Assembly (NCBI GenBank): GCA_020137815.1
Contig: CM035362.1
Span: 992,001-1,056,000, forward strand
From: Hormiphora californensis
Lineage: Eukaryota; Animalia; Ctenophora
DNA length: 64,000 nucleotides
Direction: 5' to 3'
In this document: piece after piece, positions 1-16,600 of the stretch
Position numbering within the stretch: position 1 is the first letter of the stretch
Layout of the letters: each line of letters begins with the position of its first letter
Program-made: the position numbers and the translations under genes
Notes under the pieces: model-generated
The model's database searches: none
Told to the model about the DNA's origin: nothing
What the model saw: only the letters and a program-made list of their open reading frames with translations

Positions 1-337
1 TTCCTTGTTTTAAACAGGATATTGGTGTTGGTAATCGGTATCAGAAGGGCAATTAACTTCTCCACACGATACAGCAACCCAATAGGAACTCTTCTAACAA
101 TTCACCTCTCTCCTCCCCTGAACCAACCATTAGCACATTCTCCATCATCTCCAATTTAATGATTACTACTTACCTAAACTAAAACTTAGACTAAAACTTA
201 GTAGAGAAACAAGCCTTTCTATCAGGTTGAACCCCATCTCCTAATTGCCATCCCAAAACTCCTAACCCCCTTCTCCCAGTTTGAATACAACCCCTTCTCC
301 AAATAACCACTCCTGAGTTCTAACCCCCTCCCCCCAG

Positions 338-2604
338 GTTGAATACCAAGACTGTCTGATCCTGTGTACCCAAAAGAAGATCAGCTCTGTCCAGTCCCTT
401 GTCCCCGCTCTGGAGCTAGCCAACCAGCTCAGGAAGCCCCTGTTGATCATCGCTGAGGATGTTGAGAGTGAGCCTCTGGGAGCTCTCGTTCTCAACAGGT
501 AACGGGAAATAGGGGAACTGGGAGACAAGGCCAAGGACCATTATCAAAGAGTAGTGAAACCCACGATTTGTCACTTATTTTTGTCAATCTCTGACCCCCC
601 TACCTTTCCGTTGTCTAAACTTTCCACCCTATAGGTTGAAGATCGGTCTCCAGGTAGCTGCAGTGAAGGCTCCTGGTTTTGGAGATAACAGGAAGAACCA
701 GATCAGAGATATTGCCACTTCTACCGGTGCCACGGTAAGAAATATAATATCTGATTATATTGGGTGTGTTTGATATTACATCCCACCTCACTCCCGATTA
801 CACTTGTATTGTTCATACTTTGGAGGCCACATGGGACATTGTGAACAAGTAAAGATTGCTCATTATAATTCCAACTCAGGTGTTCGGGGAGGAAGGTGCT
901 GAACTAAAGTTGGAGGATATCCAGGCCTCAGACTTTGGAGAGTGTGGGGAGGTGGCTGTCACTAAGGATGAAACTCTTATTCTTCACGGAAAGGGAGCCA
1001 AGAGTGATGTCGAAGAGAGGTACATTGGGGGTGTCTAAATTAAGTTATATGCCACGTACTTCCTTCTTGCATTATGGGGGGGATTTTTGGATAGAGACTC
1101 GAATGGGAGTGGGACAAGGATGTTAGGAGGTTCTCTCTGTTTCTTTTGAACCTGTCAAATATGCCACGTACTTCCTTCTTGAAATCTGGAAGACTGACGG
1201 GAGGGGGGGGGGGGCTTATACAAACATGAGACACATTCTACACTCGAAAGGGGGAGGGGGTAAGGAAACTCCAGTGGCAGTAGAGTTTCCTTACCACGTC
1301 ACCAGTCCCCTATCCAGTTTCAACTTCCCTCTCATTGAGCATGAGTTTATCGTGGGTTTGGCGGTAAAGCGTGTATGTCTTGGGTTATTTACAATGCACT
1401 CATCAGTTTCTACCTCATTCAACAGGGTAGAGAACATCCTGGACGAACTGAGCGAATCCAAATCAGAGTACGAGAAGGAGAAGTTGAATGAACGATTAGC
1501 AAAACTGAGTGCCGGTGTCGCTGTTCTGAAGGTATGTTCTCACACTTTACCTAGACCCGCCTAGATGCTGAATTCAGACAATCACTTCATCGGTACGGAA
1601 ATTCCCCGGCCCCTGCGAAAAGTTCAATATTTCAATTTTGTCCATCCTAAAGCTAACTCCTCAACTATTATTCTCCAGGTTGGTGGATCGAGTGAGGTGG
1701 AGGTAGGAGAGAAGAAGGACAGGATCCAGGATGCACTCTGCTCCACCCGGGCTGCTGTAGAGGAGGGAGTTGTAGTGGGAGGTGGTACTGCCCTGTTGAG
1801 ATGCAGTGCTGCTGTTGAGGCTCTATCTCTCGCAAATAATGGTACGTGAAGGAGGGAGAGTAAGATATTATTTTATCGATTATTCCTTTCTTTAACTTAA
1901 CCCCCTCCCCATTCTTCAGACCAGGAGATTGGAGCTGAAATTGTGCTAAAAGCCCTCCGACAGCCCGCCTACAAGATTGCTTCAAATGCTGGAGTTGATG
2001 CTGCTAGGATTGTTGAGAAGGCAATGCGAGAATCAGGTACGAAGGTGTTGAAAAAAGATCGAGCAACTAATTACAAAACCCCTCATCCCAAACACTGCAC
2101 CAAAACATTAGTATTGTCTAGTTTGAGCTTGGTTTCTTCTGAGTTTGATATCACTATCATATACAGGTACTGTTGGATACGATGCCTCAGTGGGCGAGTT
2201 CTGTGATCTTGTACAGAGGGGAGTCATCGACCCTACCAAGGTAAGGTGTCTCTTAGAAACAAGTCAAATCTAACCAACCCCCGATCCAAAGAATGGACCG
2301 TCTTGTTCAAATGGGGTACTCTCCCAACCTCTCTTCTCCTCCATATCTCACCCCCTCCCTCTCCCAACCTCTCTTCTCCTTCAATATCTCACCTATCTTC
2401 CCTCCATATCTCAACCCACCCCCTCGCTTCCAGGTTGTCCGAACGGCACTAATCGACGCTTCTGGAGTTGCCTCTCTCCTCACCACGGCCGAGTGCGTCA
2501 TCACCGAGCTGCCATCCAAGGGAGCCGACCCTGCTGCCGCTATGGGCGGTATGGGAGGAATGGGCGGTATGGGTGGTATGGGCGGAATGGGTGGAATGAT
2601 GTGA
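338..2604 (+). CDS. HSPD1: Mitochondrial chaperonin HSP60 (GroEL family), 5'-partial; exons 338-498, 635-734, 880-1019, 1426-1531, 1679-1841, 1920-2036, 2167-2240, 2434-2604
   Basis: Spliced translation gives [63 protein letters not shown] and a C-terminal (GGM)n tail. All introns are GT-AG. Confidence 0.97.
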
Positions 2605-2853
2605 GGAGTTGAACACTGAAAGTTTTTTATTCTTTTTTAACCGATATCCCCCACTGTACTGTTCATGTTGACCCTTACTGAGAGAGAGATATGTACGGTG
2701 TGTTTTATGAAGAGTTTAATTTATTACCCCCACTGTTATTTGACGTGTTTTACTTTCTGGGAAATGGGCTCCCATTGGTGCGCTCAGATCGGCTGATTTC
2801 GGGTCAGACAGGAGCTGGTCAAATTGATACAAACATCATTTAAATTGTCTGAA

Positions 2854-2859
2854 AATAAA
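2854..2859 (+). promoter_or_regulatory. Putative polyadenylation signal of HSP60
   Basis: AATAAA about 250 nt after the stop codon and before the convergent TMEM67 stop. Confidence 0.5.
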
Positions 2860-3002
2860 TACATGATATATTTACACATACTACATGGAGCACTGCTTTG
2901 TCAGTTTGTCAAATTGTCCGTGATTTGAATCTTTTCTGTTTCAATCGATTCCATGCCCCTCACTTTCTGTCTCTCATTCAATGATTCCAGATTCCATAAT
3001 CC

Positions 3003-9249
<6,247 letters not shown>

Positions 9250-9416
9250 CGCTTAAACATGGTTAGATTATTAAAAAGGTGCCGAGTAAAAGGATTCAGG
9301 TCTAGGGCGCCCTAGTAGTAGCTTTCAAGCATCTGGGATCTACAAGCAATGGCGTGCTTGAGTGTGAAAACGAATTTTTTTACGATTTTTTGGCATACGT
9401 CGCAGGCCCCTTATAA

Positions 9417-10079
9417 TCCTTATTATAAAGTACAAATGAACGTCGTAGTGAGGAGTATGATGACCTATCATCACGTGCAAATAGAGGGGGGTTGCCAAGG
9501 AGGTGCCCTGGGAGGGGTATTGGAGGGGGATACTGCACGTGCATGTTTTTGGTTGTTTGTTGCGTGTTCCTGTGTTGTTCCTGTAGTGATTTGGATATAC
9601 TGCTGGGACCTCCATGATTGCCAAAGCCTTTCTACCTACGTACCCCGTTGATTCTCTACACAGCTACAATTCTACGGATCTTTATCACCTGATTCTACAT
9701 GTTATTCAGCGGGATTTCCCTTGATGTTTATCACCAGTGCAGCGCTCTACCACTACCAACCTCCGTATTCTTTATCCCGACATGGAGAGACGAAGAGTAA
9801 GAGGGGGGGGGAGATAGAGACGGGTGGGGGGGGGGGGTGTTGTAGGACTTAACAATGGGCTTTCTAGTCTTAACTAAAAGATGCAAATGAGTGGCGTGAT
9901 GATGTCCTATCCACACGTGCAAATGGAGGGGGTTGCCAAGGAGGTGCCTTAGCCCCTACGCAGCGGGCGATTGAAGGCTGCACGTGCGGGTCGGTGCAGC
10001 GAGTGAGAGGGGTGCTCCTGGGTGAGGGAGAGTGTGGGGATTTGAGTCAACGGGTGCTCTACTTCAACGGGCTTTCTAG
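9417..10079 (+). mobile_element. Two head-to-tail non-autonomous Helitron-like elements (9417-9867 and 9868-10079)
   Basis: Both begin with TC plus an AT-rich run (TCCTTATTATAAAG; TCTTAACTAAAAG), share CACGTGCAAAT.GAGGGGG.TTGCCAAGGAGGTGCC and end in GGGCTTTCTAG. The pair is flanked by A|...|T with no TSD. Confidence 0.6.
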
Positions 10080-10603
10080 TATAATATAATTGCGGGGGTG
10101 CGCGCATGAGGGGGCTTTTTTATACGATTTTCGTCCTCTTTTTCAAATCTGAGACACGAAATTAAAACTCAAGATTTTTTTTAAGCTTCTTTACAAAACG
10201 TGATCACGCGCGGCGCGTCGTTTACTCTAGTCGTAAAATGTACTTTCCCAATTCCCGCGCGTTACAAAAAGTTTCACTTTTTGGGTTTAAGTTAAATCTT
10301 GGTAAATTACGATATGAAACTCATCATCTTGTAGAAATTGAATTACCCAATATTCAAATTCAAAACATGAAAATTAATTGGTCAATGGTAGATAACTGTT
10401 GAATCGTTCACGGATATTCTCTGAATAGTTTAGGATTTCTACCAGTACCCCAGCCCTGCAGGGCCCGGGCCTACTAAAAACATTCAGTCTCTTTTAATTC
10501 CAATCACCTCTAGTTAAATTGAACTTCAATTGATCAACTCTGTCCAAAACAAACAGCAAAATCTCAGAATCACAACAAACAAAATAGCGTCCCCACATTG
10601 TCC

Positions 10604-13600
10604 TCACTTGTCCCCGAACTTGACAACGTGGATCTCGTTGTTAACAACTGTCCCCATGACAACCCCATCTTCTGACACGACTGAAGGGGGGAGGGGGCAT
10701 TAGAAATATAAAATGGGAACTTTAAATACAATAAACATAAAGGGGTATTCTAGAGGGGCCGAGAGGTCTTGTGAAAATGGTGTGAACTGTGATATGGAAT
10801 CAAATAAAACGATGTCTATTAATTTATCACTTATTTACAATATAAGTTTGTATTTATCACAGTTAATAAATCTGTCATACAGATGGTTGTCAATCTCAGG
10901 AGATCATATAATGTTCCTTGAGGACAAAATAAATATTAAAAACCCCTAGGAATCCTCACAACTCCTTCAGCTGCTTTTCCAGCTCCTTCTTTTTGCTTAG
11001 TTTAGCAACTTGGTCCTTATCAGGTACTATCTCACCTGCTTCAACCTGTATAAGATGCGTGTTATTAATGTCTCTAATGAACAATTAATTTATCTGATAT
11101 GTTGTTTGAACGTTGAAATAAACCAGAAATGAAATCAGACTCAATATATCACATAAAACACACCTTTGACTGTAAATCCTCTATAGCACGTAGTTTCTTC
11201 ATTATCCCCTTCTTCTTCTTCTCTATTTCACCAGGTGTTAGTTCATCATCTTTACTAATATTCACCTGCACGTGGAATTTAGCTGTCAGGCCGTTAGTGA
11301 TGACATCACCTCCCAAACAAAACGTGTAGGAGATAGTCCCCCCATTCCCATATCAAAAAGAGGAATCCCCGGTCAAAAGGGTAGGCAAGACCTCGAAATC
11401 TAAGCAGCACAATGAATGGCCATATTTTCCTATTCAATAGATGGGTCAAAGTGGGAAAGTTTCTTAGAGATCAGGAGGGTCAAAGTGGGAAAGTTTCTTA
11501 GAGATGAGGAGGTTCAAAGTGGGAAAGTTTCTCAGAGATTAGGAGGTTCAAAGTGGGAAAGTTTCTTGGAGATAAGGAGGGTCAAAGTGGGAAAGTTTCT
11601 TAGAGATAAGGAGGGTCAAAGTGGGAAAGTTTCTTAGAGATAAGGAGGGTCAAAGTGGGAAAGTTTCTTAGAGATAAGGAAGTTCAAAGTGGGAAAGTTT
11701 ATTAGAGATAAGGAGGGTCAAAGTGGGAAAGTTTCTTAGAGATAAGGAGGGTCAAAATGGGAAAGTTTCTTAGAGATAAAGATGGTCATAGTGGGAAAAT
11801 TTCTTAGAGATAAGGAGGGTCAAAGTGGGAAAGTTTCTTAGATATAAGGAGGGTCAAAGTGGGAAAGTTTCTTAGAGATAAGGAGGGTCAAAGTGGGAAA
11901 GTTTCTTAGAGATAAGGAGGGTCAAAGTGGGAAAGTTTCTTAGAGATAAGGAGGGTCAAATTGGGAAAATTTCTTAGAGATAAGGAGGGTCAAAGTGGGA
12001 AAGTTTCTTAGAGATAAGGAGGGTCAACATGGGAAAGTTTCTTAGAGATAAGGAGGGTCATAGTGGGAAAGTTTCATAGAGATAAGGAGGGTCAAAGTGG
12101 GAAAGTTTCTTAGAGATAAGGAGGGTCAAAGTGGGAAAGTTTCTGAGAGATAAGGAGGGTCAAAGTGGGAAAGTTTCTTAGTGATAAAGAGGGTCAAAGT
12201 GGGAAAGTTTCTTAGAGATAAGGAGGGTCAAAGTGGGAAAGTTTCTTAGAGATAAGGAAGTTCAAAATGGGAGAGTTTCTTAGAGATAAGGAGGGTCAAA
12301 GTGGGAAAGTTTCTTAGAGATAAGGAGGGTCAAAGTGGGAAAGTTTTTTAGAGATAAGGAGGGTCAAAGTGGGAAAGTTTCTTAGAGATAAGGAGGGTCA
12401 AAGTGGGAAAGTTTCTTAGAGATAAGGAGGGTCAAAGTGGGAAAGTTTCTTAGAGATAAGAAGGTTCAAAGTGGGAAAGTTTATTAGAGATAAGGAGGGT
12501 CAAAGTGGGAAAGTTACTTATAACGTGTTGGGCAAAAAAAATGTCCCCCCTAGACTAGCATAGTTCCAGATATCGTAGAGCTCTAAAATTTTACACAGTT
12601 ACTCTATGGGACAAATAAATAAGTCCCACAAAATTTCAGACTTTTAGCTCAAAGTTCATTTTTTTGATCGGAATGAACATTGTTATTCATTCCAAAAAAA
12701 CATAATTTTTCGGTCCAGAAGCCAAGCAATTGTCTTTGGCTCTCGATTTTCTTTCAAATGCGACCAAGAAAAGCCAAAACGGACAACCACAAGGCACACA
12801 GTGGTCATGTTTCTGACAGTTAGTCAGGTCATGTGATCCCCATCGAATCGTGAGTTGCTAATCAGGCTTAGTGGGGAAGAATCACGTATCACAGTCGCTA
12901 ATGAGGGATGTGTATCGAAAAAGCGACATGTGATTCGGGAGCACTTGGGTAAAGAGGCCACTTGTTAATGAGCTTCGGATCTCATGACCAATAGTCATCG
13001 TCATCCCTCATTAGCAGCTGTGATACGTGATTCTCCACCATTAAGCCTGATTAGCAATTCTGAATAAATTACACGATTCGGTGGGGATCACATGACCTGA
13101 CTAACTGTCAGAAACATGACCACTGTGTGCCTTGTGGTTGTCCGTTTTGGCTTTTCTTGGTCGCATTTGAAAGAAAATCGAGAGCCAAAGACAATTGCTT
13201 GGCTTCTGGACCGAAAAATCATGTTTTTTGGAATGAATAACAATGTTATAATGAGGGTCAAAATGGGAAAGTTTCTTAGAGATAAGGATGGTCATAGTGG
13301 GAAAGTTTCTTAGAGATAAGGAGGGTCAAAGTGGGAAAGTTTCTTAGAGATAAGGAGGGTCAAAGTGGGAAAGTTCTTAGAGATTAGGAGGGTCAAAGTG
13401 GGAAAGTTTCTTAGAGATAAGGAGGGTCAACATGGGAAAGTTTCTTAGAGATAAGGAGGGTCAAAGTGGGAAAGTTTCTTAGAGATAAGGAGGGTCAAAG
13501 TAGGAAAGTTTCTTAGAGATAAGGAGGGTCAAAGTGGGAAAGTTTCTTAGAGATGTTGATAATGGTTTTCGATACGAGAACGACTACAGAGAGTTGGTGT

Positions 13601-16600
13601 GTGGAACCGAAGCTCTTGAACTGAATTTTAGTCAACCATATATACTACCAAATCCTCTGACTCTGTTTATAAACAATATCTTTAAACAAGTAGAAGAATG
13701 CTATTGCCGATTGCGACTCTGACGTAGAGCCTCAACCCATAACAAACTCTATCCTAAACAAGATGTTAAACATGTATACAGCTGATGCCATTGACTTGAG
13801 CAATCAGCTGTATAACATATGCCCCTAACAAAAATAAAAATATTTATTGCACTTTTTAGAGTACAAAAAATATTTTAGATGGGCTTCCAAAATCCCTAAT
13901 AATAAATTATAAAATACACACACGCTCTCTCATAGTCCATTCTCTCAACTCTACCGTCAGAAACACCAGTCCCTACACCAGAGCTTCCTACGTCACATGA
14001 TGGTACCAGTTCCCGCCTGAGTCCACCCAGTCGTATCTCTGCGTATACTGCTCCCATGGCAACAGAGATGATCATTCGCCGTGTCTGCATCAACCGGAAC
14101 TCATCTGTGCTCCACGCCCCAGAAACATGTCCACGGGTACACACGGGTTTGAATCCAGATCCACCAAAGCCTAGAAACTCCAGCCACTTCCGGGTAGCAG
14201 GAACATCTGGTCCGATTTGTATCTGACTCCACTTGTTGATAAGTGTTTTCGATACGAGAACGACTAAAGAGAGTTGGTTTGCGGAACCGAAGCTCTTGAA
14301 CTGAATTTTAGTCAACCATATATACTACCAAATCCTCTGACTCTGTTTATAAACAATATCTTTAAACAAGTAGAAGAATGCTATTGCCGATTGCGACTCT
14401 GACGTAGAGCCTCAACCCATAACAAACTCTATCCTAAACAAGATGTTAAACATGTATACAGCTGATGCCATTGACTTGAGCAATCAGCTGTATAACAGAG
14501 ATAAGGAGGGTCAAAGACCAAAGTGGGAAAGTTTCTTAGAGATAAGGAGGGTCAAAGTGGGAAAGTTTCTTAGAGATAAGGAAGTTCAAAATGGGAGAGT
14601 TTCTTAGAGATAAGGAGGGTCAAAGTGGGAAAGTTTCTTAGAGATAAGGAGGGTCAAAGTGGGAAAGTTTTTTAGAGATAAGGAGGGTCAAAGTGGGAAA
14701 GTTTCTTAGAGATAAGGAGGGTCAAAGTGGGAAAGTTTCTGAGAGATAAGGAGGGTCAAAGTGGGAAAGTTTCTTAGAGATAAGAAGGTTCAAAGTGGGA
14801 AAGTTTATTAGAGATAAGGAGGGTCAAAGTGGGAAAGTTTCTTAGAGATAACTTATCTCTAAGAAACTTTCCCACTTTGAACCTCCTTATCTCAGATAAG
14901 GAGGTTCAAAGTGGGAAAGTTTCTTAGAGATAAGGAGGGTCAAAGTGGGAAAGTTTCTTAGAGATAAGGAGGTTCAAAGTGGAAAAGTTTCTTAGAGATA
15001 AGAAGGGTCAAAGTGGGAAAGTTTCTTAGAGATAAGGAGGGTCAAAGTGGGAAAGTTTCTTAGAGATAAGGAGGGTCAAAGTGGGAAAGTTTCTTAGAGA
15101 TAAGGAGGGTCAAAGTGGGAAAGTTTCTTAGAGATAAGGAGGGTCAAAGTGGGAAAGTTTCTTAGAGATAAGGAGGGTCAAAGTGGGAAAGTTTCTTAGA
15201 GATAAGGAGGGTCAAAGTAGGAAAGTTTCTTAGAGATAAGGAGGGTCAAAGTGGGAAAGTTTCTTAGAGATAAGGAGGTTCAAAGTGGAAAAGTTTCTTA
15301 GAGATAAGAAGGGTCAAAGTGGGAAAGTTTCTTAGAGATAAGGAGGGTCAAAGTGGGAAAGTTTCTTAGAGATAAGGAGGGTCAAAGTGGGAAAGTTTCT
15401 TAGAGATAAGGAGGGTCAAAGTGGGAAAGTTTCTTAGAGATAAGGAGGGTCAAAGTGGGAAAGTTTCTTAGAGATAAGGAAGTTCAAAATGGGAGAGTTT
15501 CTTAGAGATAAGGAGGGTCAAAGTGGGAAAGTTTCTTAGAGATAAGGAGGGTCAAAGTGGGAAAGTTTTTTAGAGATAAGGAGGGTCAAAGTGGGAAAGT
15601 TTCTTAGAGATAATGAGGGTCAAAGTGGGAAAGTTTCTTAGAGATAAGGAGGGTCAAAGTGGGAAAGTTTCTTAGAGATAAGGAGGGTCAAAGTGGGAAA
15701 GTTTCTTAGAGATAAGAAGGTTCAAAGTGGGAAAGTTTATTAGAGATAAGGAGGGTCAAAGTGGGAAAGTTACTTATAGATAAGGAGGGTGAAAATGGGA
15801 AAGTTTCTTAGAGATAAGGATGGTCATAGTGGGAAAGTTTCTTAGAGATAAGGAGGGTCAAAGTGGGAAAGTTTCTTAGAGATAAGGAGGGTCAAAGTGG
15901 GAAAGTTCTTAGAGATTAGGAGGGTCAAAGTGGGAAAGTTTCTTAGAGATAAGGAGGGTCAACATGGGAAAGTTTCATAGAGATAAGGAGGGTCAAAGTG
16001 GGAAAGTTTCTTAGAGATAAGGAGGGTCAAAGTGGGAAAGTTTCTTAGAGATAAGGAGGGTCAAAGTGGGAAAGTTTCTTAGAGATAAGGAGGGTCAAAG
16101 TGGGAAAGTTTCTTAGAGATAAGGAAGTTCAAAATGGGAGAGTTTCTTAGAGATAAGGAGGGTCAAAGTGGGAAAGTTTCTTAGAGATAAGGAGGGTCAA
16201 AGTGGGAAAGTTTTTTAGAGATAAGGAGGGTCAAAGTGGGAAAGTTTCTTAGAGATAAGGAGGGTCAAAGTGGGAAAGTTTCTTAGAGATAAGGAGGGTC
16301 AAAGTGGGAAAGTTTCTTAGAGATAAGGAGGGTCAAAGTGGGAAAGTTTCTTAGAGATAAGAAGGTTCAAAGTGGGAAAGTTTATTAGAGATAAGGAGGG
16401 TCAAAGTGGGAAAGTTACTTATAGATAAGGAGGGTCGAAATGGGAAAGTTTCTTAGAGATAAGGATGGTCATAGTGGGAAAATTTCTTAGAGATAAGGAG
16501 GGTCAAAGTGGGAAAGTTTCTTAGAGATAAGGAGGGTCAAAGTGGGAAAGTTCTTAGAGATTAGGAGGGTCAAAGTGGGAAAGTTTCTTAGAAATTAGGT

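Noticed and set aside
13896-14315. 139-aa ORF as a retroelement protein
   Set aside because: Non-ATG start inside the LTR and no gag, protease, RT or integrase motifs.
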